A DNA stretch of 44,608 nucleotides, taken from assembly GCA_045862955.1 (NCBI GenBank), contig BTVI01000026.1:1-44608 (forward strand), in the 5' to 3' direction. Under the pieces are notes generated by a model. The model saw nothing but the letters and a program-made list of their open reading frames with translations. It did not search any database and was not told where the DNA came from. Positions within the stretch are counted from its first letter, which is position 1. Each line of letters opens with the position of its first letter. The position numbers and the translations under genes are program-made. Positions 36,692 through 44,608 of the stretch are shown here, in pieces. This stretch comes from Fimbriimonadales bacterium (GTDB lineage: Bacteria > Armatimonadota > Fimbriimonadia > Fimbriimonadales > JABRVX01).

Positions 36692-37945
36692 TCACCCTTC
36701 ATAGCGCAGCCTGCTCTCCCCGAACTGCAACGCGTCTCCATGCGAAACCTTCGTTCGGCCTTCGACCTTCACCCCGTTTACATACGTGCCGTTCGTGCTG
36801 CCGAGGTCCTCGACCCACAGCACTCCGCCTTCCAGCGAGACCTTGGCGTGCCGCCTGCTCACACTGCTATCTTCGGCGAGGCTCAGTTCACAGCCCGGAT
36901 CGCGTCCGAGGACTGCCTCCGCCGCAGCCAGATCGAATGTGCGACCGGCGCAGGGTCCCGCCAAGACCACCAACCTCGGCTTCCCGGATGGTGCGGGGAC
37001 AGGAGCCGAAGCAGTGAGCGAACAGCCACACGAGCCATCGGCTCCTTTCGGCTGGCCGCAGAAAGGACAGGTGCCTTCCGGCACCAGCGGTGCCTTCGGT
37101 GGCGGCTCCGAGCGAAAGCCGCTGGTGTGCGGCGTGCCGGCATCTGGAGCATCGCCCACGTCGGACGGCGGTTGGACCCCGAGCTTCTGCATCATCTCGC
37201 GCATGCGCTTCTCGCGAGCTTGCACGAACCGGAACAACCCGTACAGCGCCCCTACTCCCACAGCTAATGCGAGCATGTAAGTCACTACTGCACCGAGGGA
37301 GAACCCGCTGCTGGGCTTCGCTACGGGTCGCGTGGCTGCTTCCGGCTCCGCGCCCTCGTCTCCGACGACCGAGACCTCGTCGGGAATGCTGAAGGCGATG
37401 ACGGGCACGGCATCCGACCGCTCCGCGGTGAGGTCGAGCGTTAGTTTGCCCGACTTCCGCTCCTCGCCCTTCACCCGGTACTCCACCTGTGCAGTTACTT
37501 CGCCGAGCCGTACCCTCGGGAAGACCACGACTCCCTTCATGTCGGGTGAGAGAAGTTCTCGCTTCTCGCCCGTCGCATCCTTCAGGAGCACCACCGCGCT
37601 CGCGACCGCTTTTCCCCGGTGCTCGACGGTCACCTTCACTTCCGCTGCGTACTTGAAGTCCTCCAGCTTGGCAACCACCGGCTTGCCAGAGAAGGAAATG
37701 AGCGCCAAGTTGTTGCGTTCCACATCGCGCACGACGAGTGTCTTGGGAGCCCCGTCTGGTATGGGCACGTCCGTGCGGCTAAGCCCTTTGATCTCTTGCT
37801 TCTTGCCGAGCGGTCGTCCCTCGGCATCGTCGAACCAAACCTCGAAGGGACCCTTGTGTGGCAGGTCTACCTGCACCGCAAGAGCACTGACCGACCACAC
37901 AGCCGCCAGAAGGCAGAGGCCTACCCTAGAAGAACCACGACCCAT
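36692..37945 (-). CDS. Type I membrane protein: signal peptide, extracytoplasmic beta domain, TM helix, Cys motif, FHA
   Basis: AGGAGG RBS before ATG 37945. TM LGAVVTYMLALAVGVGALYGLF. CPFC..CGC. LGRD..SRRH..STNGT. Confidence 0.88.
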   Translation of the reverse strand: MGRGSSRVGLCLLAAVWSVSALAVQVDLPHKGPFEVWFDDAEGRPLGKKQEIKGLSRTDVPIPDGAPKTLVVRDVERNNLALISFSGKPVVAKLEDFKYAAEVKVTVEHRGKAVASAVVLLKDATGEKRELLSPDMKGVVVFPRVRLGEVTAQVEYRVKGEERKSGKLTLDLTAERSDAVPVIAFSIPDEVSVVGDEGAEPEAATRPVAKPSSGFSLGAVVTYMLALAVGVGALYGLFRFVQAREKRMREMMQKLGVQPPSDVGDAPDAGTPHTSGFRSEPPPKAPLVPEGTCPFCGQPKGADGSCGCSLTASAPVPAPSGKPRLVVLAGPCAGRTFDLAAAEAVLGRDPGCELSLAEDSSVSRRHAKVSLEGGVLWVEDLGSTNGTYVNGVKVEGRTKVSHGDALQFGESRLRYEG

Positions 37946-37949
37946 GGGG

Positions 37950-39473
37950 TCACCTCCTGCGAAGCTCGCCGATTGCGTAAGGTAGGGCAAGCGCGATGTC
38001 TTGTGCCGTGAACCCGGCCTGTGCGCCTGTTCGTGCGGCACATCGCTCCCCCGCCAGGCCGTGCAGATATGCACCCAATAGCGCCCCACGCTGAAGACTC
38101 CCGGCGAGATGGGAAAGTGCCGCAATCGCACCTGTCAGCACGTCGCCACTGCCTGCGGTGCCCAGCCCGGGGCACCCCGTCGCGTTTACCCAACACGCTC
38201 CACGCTCTTCGCACACAATCGTGTATGCGCCTTTCAGAAGAATTGTAGCGCGATACTTCGCTGCAGCGTCTCTCGCGCAGTCGAAGCGCCGTGCCACGAC
38301 GTCGGCTGAAGTGGTTCCCAGCAGCCGGGCCATTTCGCCCGCATGTGGGGTGAGGAGCAGTGGCGCGGGCCTACTCACCGGCCCGATCTCGGCTAGGCAG
38401 TTGAGGCCGTCGGCATCCAGCACGACCGGCTTGACGGCTCGGGTGAGCAGTCTCTGAACCGCCTCTCGCGCAGGCGGCTGAGTGGTCAGGCCGGGGCCGA
38501 GTGCCAGCACGTCGAAGCGGTCGAGCATCGCGAGCACAGTGTCTGCCCCTTCGGGTGTAAGGCAGCCCATTCCCGCGTCGGGGAGCGGCACGGTCATAAG
38601 CTCCGGGAAGTACCGTGCGACGATGGGGTGGATGCTCTCAGGAACAGCACACGTTGCTAGGCCCGCGCCGGCGCAAAGCGCCCCCAGACCGGTGAGCGCC
38701 ACCGACCCTGGCATCGTCGTCGAGCCGCCGATGCAGAGGATGCTCCCCCGGGTTCGCTTGTGTGCCGCGGGCGATAGGCTCGGGAGCATCTCGCGGTACC
38801 AATCAGCAGGTGCCATCTCGGGGGCCCCCTCTGCAGCCTTCCCGGGTAGCTCGATCCCTATATCCACGACGGTCAGGCGACCGATCACGTCTGGCCCGCT
38901 TCCTTGAAACATTCCGAGCTTGGGATGCTGCACGGTGATGGTCTGGTCGGCTATGACGTAGTCCTGCCCGGTCTGGCCCGTGGTGGCGTCCAATCCAGAC
39001 GGGATATCCAGGGCGTAGACGGTGGCTAGACCGTGCGCAGAGGCGACCGCTCGGAGCGCCTGTTCGGCTTGCTTATCGGGCGAGCCGCGAGTGGGGTCGT
39101 ACCCGGTCCCGTACACCGCGTCTACGACTGCATCGAACCCTCGAAGGTCGGGGCCGAGTTCGTCTACTAGAACGAGAGGCTCGGCTCGTCGCCACGTCTC
39201 CTGGCAATCCGGTGAGCACTCGTCCCGCTCGGCGAGGGGGAACACGGTGACGTTTCTCCCCATCTCGGCTAGTCGCCGCGCCACGACCCAGCCGTCCCCG
39301 CCGTTGTTGCCACGCCCGCACAGCACCGCCACGCGCCGGCAGGACTCGTCCTGCACCACTACTTCGGCCATCCGGCCCCCCGCGCGCTCCATCAGCTCCA
39401 GCGAGGGTACGCCTAGACCTTCGATGGTGTGCCGGTCGGCGGCGCGCATCTGCTCGGCGGTAAGCACTTTCAT
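37950..39473 (-). CDS. nnr: Bifunctional NAD(P)H-hydrate epimerase/dehydratase
   Basis: LMERAG, GRGNNGGDG, DIPSG, GPGL, DADGL, TPHAGE, GSGDVLTG motifs. Confidence 0.95.
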   Translation of the reverse strand: MKVLTAEQMRAADRHTIEGLGVPSLELMERAGGRMAEVVVQDESCRRVAVLCGRGNNGGDGWVVARRLAEMGRNVTVFPLAERDECSPDCQETWRRAEPLVLVDELGPDLRGFDAVVDAVYGTGYDPTRGSPDKQAEQALRAVASAHGLATVYALDIPSGLDATTGQTGQDYVIADQTITVQHPKLGMFQGSGPDVIGRLTVVDIGIELPGKAAEGAPEMAPADWYREMLPSLSPAAHKRTRGSILCIGGSTTMPGSVALTGLGALCAGAGLATCAVPESIHPIVARYFPELMTVPLPDAGMGCLTPEGADTVLAMLDRFDVLALGPGLTTQPPAREAVQRLLTRAVKPVVLDADGLNCLAEIGPVSRPAPLLLTPHAGEMARLLGTTSADVVARRFDCARDAAAKYRATILLKGAYTIVCEERGACWVNATGCPGLGTAGSGDVLTGAIAALSHLAGSLQRGALLGAYLHGLAGERCAARTGAQAGFTAQDIALALPYAIGELRRR

Positions 39474-39577
39474 CAGGTGCCAAGTTCGCAGTGCCCCTGA
39501 TGGGCTCCTGTAAGGTATGCCGGCTGGCCTAGGCTCCGTTGACCGGGAGCGGCGCCACGAGGTAGTCTGTTCGTGGA

Positions 39578-39618
39578 GGAGCCAGGGGGTGGGTCGCGCC
39601 GGTCCCGGCTCCTTTTTT
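39578..39618 (+). terminator. Terminator-like hairpin with T-tract in the leader of the saccharopine dehydrogenase gene
   Basis: GGAGCC...GGCTCC followed by TTTTTT, about 40 bp before the start codon. Confidence 0.4.
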
Positions 39619-39661
39619 CGTGCGCACTGGAGCAAGAACGAATGTCGAGGAGGACATGGTG

Positions 39662-40813
39662 ATGAGGAAGATTTTTGCGATTCTAGGTTCGGGCATGCAG
39701 GGCACGGCTGTGGCCTACGATGTCGCCCGCTTCGGCGACCCCGCTACGATCTGGATGGCCGACGTAGACCCTCAGCAGGCGGAGCGAAACGCCTCGCGGG
39801 TGAACTCGCTGGTCGGTCGAGATGTATGCCGTGCGAAGCGAGTGGATGCGCTGAACGTGCCCGAGCTACGTGAGTTTCTCAGAGACGTGGACGTGCTCGT
39901 GAGCTGCGTACCGTATTGGATGCACCCCAAGATCTCCCCCGTTGCGGTGGAGACGCGCACGAACATGGTTGATATGGGTGGTAGCACGGAAGTGGCGCTT
40001 CGGACCCTGGAAGGGGCGAAGGGAGCCGCCGAAGCGGGTGTCGCTGTCGTGCCGGACACCGGCCTCGCACCTGGCATGGTCAACGACATCGGCTGCTACC
40101 TGATGGAACAGATGGACGAGCCCGAGGACATCCGACTCTATTGCGGCGGCCTTCCGCAGGACCCGAAACCACCGTTCAACTATAAGCTGGTGTTCAACAT
40201 CGAGGGGCTCGTGGTGGAGTACAGCGGACAGGCAGATGTGCTGCGCGATGGAAAGCTAACGAAGGTGGACACGCTAACCGAGTTGGAGGAGTTCGATCAC
40301 CCGCGACTAGGGAAGCTGGAGGCCTTCGTAACGAGTGGTGGGGCCAGTACCGCGCCCTTTACGCTGCAAGGCAAGGTGGCCAACTATCAGTACAAGACCC
40401 TCCGCTATCCGGGGCACTGCGCGCTGATGAAGGTGTTCAAGGACTTCGGCTTCTGGGGAGAGGAACCGATCGAGACGCGTGCCGGAAAGGCGGTGCCGCG
40501 CGAGGTTTTCCATGCGCTGATGGGGCCAGGCCTGTCTGTGGAAGGCAAGGACCTGATCGTGGTCCGGGGCGTAGGGAAGGGCAAGAAGAACGGGCAGCCT
40601 TTCGAGAAGACCGTGGACATCCTGGACTACCACGATGATGCGACCGGCTTCTCGGCGATGGAGCGGATGACCGGCTTCAGTACGTCCATCTATGCAATCG
40701 CGATTGCGCAAGGGGTGATCCCTCCCGGTGCGCACCGCTACGAGACGGCGATGTCTGGCGCGCATTACATGAGCGAGCTGCGCAAGCGCCCGTTCTCCAT
40801 CCAGGAGTCGTAG
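39662..40813 (+). CDS. Saccharopine dehydrogenase / lysine 6-dehydrogenase family protein
   Basis: ILGSGMQG, DTGLAPGM, YCGGLP, YKTLRYPGH, SAMERMTG motifs. GAGGAGG RBS (start 39656 or 39662). Confidence 0.9.
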   Translation: MRKIFAILGSGMQGTAVAYDVARFGDPATIWMADVDPQQAERNASRVNSLVGRDVCRAKRVDALNVPELREFLRDVDVLVSCVPYWMHPKISPVAVETRTNMVDMGGSTEVALRTLEGAKGAAEAGVAVVPDTGLAPGMVNDIGCYLMEQMDEPEDIRLYCGGLPQDPKPPFNYKLVFNIEGLVVEYSGQADVLRDGKLTKVDTLTELEEFDHPRLGKLEAFVTSGGASTAPFTLQGKVANYQYKTLRYPGHCALMKVFKDFGFWGEEPIETRAGKAVPREVFHALMGPGLSVEGKDLIVVRGVGKGKKNGQPFEKTVDILDYHDDATGFSAMERMTGFSTSIYAIAIAQGVIPPGAHRYETAMSGAHYMSELRKRPFSIQES

Positions 40814-40923
40814 CAGGAGGCTGGAGCAGGCCGGGTGGTCCGACAAATCCGCTCCGCCATGCAGGGACGGCGAATCCCGCGGCGAACGGAATCGCGCGAT
40901 CACATAGGAGGACGCAGAGCCCG

Positions 40924-41907
40924 ATGAAGATTGGTCTTTTCACCGCACTCTTCTACGACAAACCCCTCGAAGAGGCGCTCGATATCGTCGCCGACTGTGG
41001 CATCGAGGCAGTGGAGTTCGGCGTCGGCGCATACCCTGGCGCCGCGCACCTGAACGTCAAGAAACTGCTCGCCGACAAGGCGGAGCGCAAGAAGCTGATA
41101 ACGGCAGTGGAGTCGCGCGGCCTCATGATCTCTGCTCTGTCATGTCACGGCAACCCCCTGCATCCCGTCACCAAGATTGCCAAGGAGCACCATCAAGCAT
41201 TTCTGGACGGCGTGGAACTCGCCTCACTGCTCGGCGTGAGCTGCCTGAACGGCTTCTCCGGTTGCCCTGGCGATGGCCCGAAAGCCGTGAACCCCAACTG
41301 GGTGACCTGTGCTTGGCCCGACGAATACCGCGACATTCTGGTGTGGCAGTGGAAGGAGAAGGTGGTCCCGTACTGGACAGAGCAGGCAGCGTTGCTGAAG
41401 CGTAAGAAGGTGAAGTTCTGCATCGAGATGCACCCGGGCTTCGTGGTGTACAACCCGGAGACCCTGTTGCGCCTGCGTCGTGAAGTCGGCAAGAACGGGG
41501 ATGCTATAGGCGCCAACTTCGACCCGTCACACCTTTGGTGGCAGGGGATCGAACCCATTGCTGCCGTGCGGTTTCTGGGTGATGCGGGAGCCGTGTACCA
41601 TGTGCATGCCAAGGACACACGCATAGACCCCTTCAACTGCGCGATCAACGGTAACCTCGACACGAAGTCGTATGCCGACATCCTCAATCGGTCGTGGGTG
41701 TTTCGCTCGGTTGGCTACGGCCACGACGAGAGATGGTGGAAGGACTTCGTGAGCATGTTGCGAACCGTCGGCTACGACTACGTGCTGAGCATCGAGCACG
41801 AGGACGGTCTCATGTCCTCGATGGAAGGGCTCACCAAGGCGGTCGACATGCTGAGCCGCTGTGTGGTCAGCGAGCCCGTGGGCAAGATGTTCTGGGCTAA
41901 GGAGTGA
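40924..41907 (+). CDS. Sugar phosphate isomerase/epimerase (xylose-isomerase-like TIM barrel)
   Basis: HGNPLHP, EMHPG, NFDPSH, HVHAKD, FRSVGYGH, SIEHED motifs. Confidence 0.9.
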   Translation: MKIGLFTALFYDKPLEEALDIVADCGIEAVEFGVGAYPGAAHLNVKKLLADKAERKKLITAVESRGLMISALSCHGNPLHPVTKIAKEHHQAFLDGVELASLLGVSCLNGFSGCPGDGPKAVNPNWVTCAWPDEYRDILVWQWKEKVVPYWTEQAALLKRKKVKFCIEMHPGFVVYNPETLLRLRREVGKNGDAIGANFDPSHLWWQGIEPIAAVRFLGDAGAVYHVHAKDTRIDPFNCAINGNLDTKSYADILNRSWVFRSVGYGHDERWWKDFVSMLRTVGYDYVLSIEHEDGLMSSMEGLTKAVDMLSRCVVSEPVGKMFWAKE

Positions 41908-42680
41908 GTGTGCGGATCATCGTCACCAACGATGACGGAGTGCAAGCGCTCGGATATGCTCTAAGCATCCAAGCGCTTGCACCCTTTGGGCAGCTATTCG
42001 CCGTAGCTCCCGAGATCCAGCGCAGTGCTTGCGGTCACGGTATCACGCTCAGCACCCCGCTGCGCAAGTGGCGTGTCAACACTGGCCTCCCAGCGGACGT
42101 GTGGGCCTGTAACGGACTACCTGCCGACTGCGTGCAACTAGCATACACGGTGCTGGCCGAAGAAAACGCGGATCTCGTGGTCTCCGGCATCAACGCGGGG
42201 GCGAATCTGGGTTGGGACCTCACCTACTCTGGAACGGTAGCCGCAGCGATGGAAGGTGCAGTCCTCGGTGTGCCTTCGGTGGCAATCTCGGTTGCAGCGT
42301 ACGAGAACGGCGAGCCGATCAACTACGAAGGAGCCGTGAAGTTCTTGAAGGAGTTGTTGCCCCTTTTCGCTTCGCATCGGATCCCTAAGCACTGTCTGCT
42401 GAACGTCAACTGCCCAAACACCCCTGTCAAAGACATCAAGGGCGTGCGTGTGGTGCGACAAGGTACCAGACAGTATAAGGACCGACTCGAGGCGCGTCAG
42501 GACCCGTGGGGCAATACCTACTATTGGCTGGGCGGTTCGCTGATAGCTGATACTGCGGATCAGGGGACCGATGTCGCGGCGGTGGAAGCGGGGTACATCG
42601 CGGTCACGCCCGTTCACCTCGACCTAACGCATTACGAGTCCCTCGACGCGGTCGGCGAGTGGCTGCGTCCCCTCCAGTGA
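41904..42680 (+). CDS. surE: 5'/3'-nucleotidase SurE
   Basis: TNDDG, PADCV, SGINAGANLG, YSGTVAAAMEG, NVNCP, YYW, TPVHLDLT motifs. Confidence 0.96.
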   Translation: MSVRIIVTNDDGVQALGYALSIQALAPFGQLFAVAPEIQRSACGHGITLSTPLRKWRVNTGLPADVWACNGLPADCVQLAYTVLAEENADLVVSGINAGANLGWDLTYSGTVAAAMEGAVLGVPSVAISVAAYENGEPINYEGAVKFLKELLPLFASHRIPKHCLLNVNCPNTPVKDIKGVRVVRQGTRQYKDRLEARQDPWGNTYYWLGGSLIADTADQGTDVAAVEAGYIAVTPVHLDLTHYESLDAVGEWLRPLQ

Positions 42681-44474
42681 CAGTTTGTCGCCCGCATCGG
42701 CAATCGTGATGCCGTTTGTCCGGAGCCGCACCTCGGTGGGTGGCTGATTGCCGCGATAGCGCACTCGAAACGTCTCCTCCGTCTTGTCCAATACTACCCG
42801 CCCGGCTGAGCGCTCGCTGTCGTTTGCTAACACGATCTCGAACTTCAGGCGATAGGCCGGCTCTTGGTCCTGCCGCACGGTGACCAACCATTCGCCGTTC
42901 TGACCCGGCTTGGCAGAGGTGATTGTGAGTTTGGGCTTGGCTCCCGAGTACACCCACTGCCTGAAGAACCAACCCATGTCTTTGCCCGTCTCGGCCTTCA
43001 CGGCTGCCTCGAGGTGCTGCCAATCAGACGCTTTCCCGCGGCGGTCGATGCAGAATCGCCGAAGCGACGCGAGGACTTCCTTCTCACCGATCTCCTCGGC
43101 CAGCATGTTCATCACATAGGCGCCACGCATGTACCCCTCGTTGGTAGAGCGGTGATGCACGCCGCCGATGGAAGAGAGTGCATCGCCGAAGCGATTGGTG
43201 GTGCCTTGCTGAAGGGTCCCGTCGCGATTCTCCTTGAATAGCACCGAGTCGATGTACTGGGTGAGCCCCTCGTTCCAGATCGAACGTATGTATGTGTTCG
43301 GAACGATACCGCCGAAGTAGGTGTGCCCGATCTCATGGGTGGGTGCCCAAGAAGTGATGGGGGGAGAGAGAATGGTGAACGAATAGGCCTCGAGACCGTA
43401 GTATCCTGGGCTGTCCACCACATAGTAGTGGTTGTATGGGAACTTGACCAGTCGGTCCTCGAAGAACGCTACGGCATTCGCGCAGTCCTCGACAATCGAC
43501 TCCCCGCGTTTGGTATCTACCTCCCCTCGCATCATGTAAGAACGATACACACGCCCCCGGTCCGTCTTCTCCGCCGCAATCTCGAATGGACCAGCGCACA
43601 CGGTGAAGAAGCATACCGCGAGGTCGTTTCGCCATGTCACCGTATACTCCCGGCTAGTCCGCTTCTCACGGATCATCTCGCCTTGGCCGATCGCCGTCCA
43701 GTCCGGTGGAACCGTCATCGTAACCTCGTGAGTGGCAGGCTGCCGTCCGATGTGCGGCCACCAGTATGCAGTGAGGAAGCAAGCGTCCGGCCCAGCTCGC
43801 TCGGACTTGCCACTCACCGTACCGGCATACTCCAGCGTCACCTTCGATCCCTCATGCACCCCGCGAATCCAGAACACGCTGCCTGCTCGAACCAGAATGG
43901 GTCCGGGTTCCAGTTTCGGCGGTTCCAGTGTCATCTCGGCGTCGAACTGCGGAACCTTCTGGTCACCGATGCGAACCTCACGAATGGAGTACTTGGGTGA
44001 CAAGCGCATCAGCAGCGACTGGCCGTTTCCCTTCACCTCGAAGTCGGCTTTCACTCGCACGAGCTGCGTCTTCGGCTCGATGTGCATGTCGAAAGTTATG
44101 TGATCCACCCGGAAGGGCGAGGGTACGTCCTCCGGAATCGGCTCGTCCAAGGCCCATGCGTCTCCGTGCTTCACGATGGGAATAATCTTGTCGCCGTCCT
44201 CCTCCGGTCCGTGGTGTTTGGTAAGCACGAGCCACAGCGGGGAGTCGCCGAAGCCAGGGGCAGGCGGCATGAGGAACATCTTCCAGCTTCGCAGCGCGCC
44301 GCTCCGAGCCCAAGACGGGGCTTTGCCCGGAAGAAAGCGCGAGGCGAAGGTCTCGAAGTCCTCTTCGCGGTGGGCGACGATAACCTCTCGGGCGAAGACG
44401 CCGAGGTCGGTAGGCACCTGCGCCGCGGCCTGCAGCGCAAGCAGTGTGAGCAGAAGGCCTGCTAAAGCGTTCAT
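42624..44474 (-). CDS. Secreted M1-family (gluzincin) aminopeptidase
   Basis: Signal peptide MNALAGLLLTLLALQAAA. GLEAYS (GAMEN-like), HEIGH-x18-E and Y-x-R-G motifs. Confidence 0.88.
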   Translation of the reverse strand: MNALAGLLLTLLALQAAAQVPTDLGVFAREVIVAHREEDFETFASRFLPGKAPSWARSGALRSWKMFLMPPAPGFGDSPLWLVLTKHHGPEEDGDKIIPIVKHGDAWALDEPIPEDVPSPFRVDHITFDMHIEPKTQLVRVKADFEVKGNGQSLLMRLSPKYSIREVRIGDQKVPQFDAEMTLEPPKLEPGPILVRAGSVFWIRGVHEGSKVTLEYAGTVSGKSERAGPDACFLTAYWWPHIGRQPATHEVTMTVPPDWTAIGQGEMIREKRTSREYTVTWRNDLAVCFFTVCAGPFEIAAEKTDRGRVYRSYMMRGEVDTKRGESIVEDCANAVAFFEDRLVKFPYNHYYVVDSPGYYGLEAYSFTILSPPITSWAPTHEIGHTYFGGIVPNTYIRSIWNEGLTQYIDSVLFKENRDGTLQQGTTNRFGDALSSIGGVHHRSTNEGYMRGAYVMNMLAEEIGEKEVLASLRRFCIDRRGKASDWQHLEAAVKAETGKDMGWFFRQWVYSGAKPKLTITSAKPGQNGEWLVTVRQDQEPAYRLKFEIVLANDSERSAGRVVLDKTEETFRVRYRGNQPPTEVRLRTNGITIADAGDKLSLEGTQPLADRVEGLVMR

Positions 44475-44608
44475 ACTGCGAGTGTAGCGCAATCGCACAG
44501 GACCTTGACTCGGAAGTCCTGTAACGGCGTAGCGAGTACCTGCCGCGTTTGGGCCGTCGGCCAGGTGACCGCGGCTCGACGCGATGCCAAACTCTGCGGT
44601 GCCTACGG

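Noticed and set aside
32027..37945. Type VI secretion or ter-cluster assignment for the FHA/PP2C/VWA genes
   Set aside because: No tss, vgrG, hcp, ter or kinase genes are in the window, and the domain architectures differ.

Overview
GC-rich bacterial chromosome segment with about 30 genes. The DUF1559-like prepilin and the dockerin-like C-terminal modules suggest Armatimonadota; this is an inference only. Housekeeping genes are der, pruA/rocA, trpE, apbE, nnr and surE. There are also secreted or surface proteins, glycosyltransferases, peptidases, two Tat-exported Gfo/Idh/MocA oxidoreductases and a cyclophilin-FKBP fusion. The most notable locus is a five-gene, kinase-less phosphothreonine-signalling operon at 32027-37945. 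It encodes two membrane FHA proteins, a VWA protein with tandem DPxxT motifs, a Zn-ribbon double-FHA protein and a Zn-ribbon PP2C phosphatase. Non-coding highlights are three mosaic arrays of a palindromic GTCATGCTGAGCCTGTCGAAGCATGAC repeat (one interleaved with a hidden 14-bp minisatellite), a candidate sigma54-driven small RNA, probable leaderless genes, and a 57-aa membrane peptide missed by the ORF track. I recognised no rRNA, tRNA, transposase or CRISPR-Cas. All protein calls come from motif recognition by eye; no database search was run.
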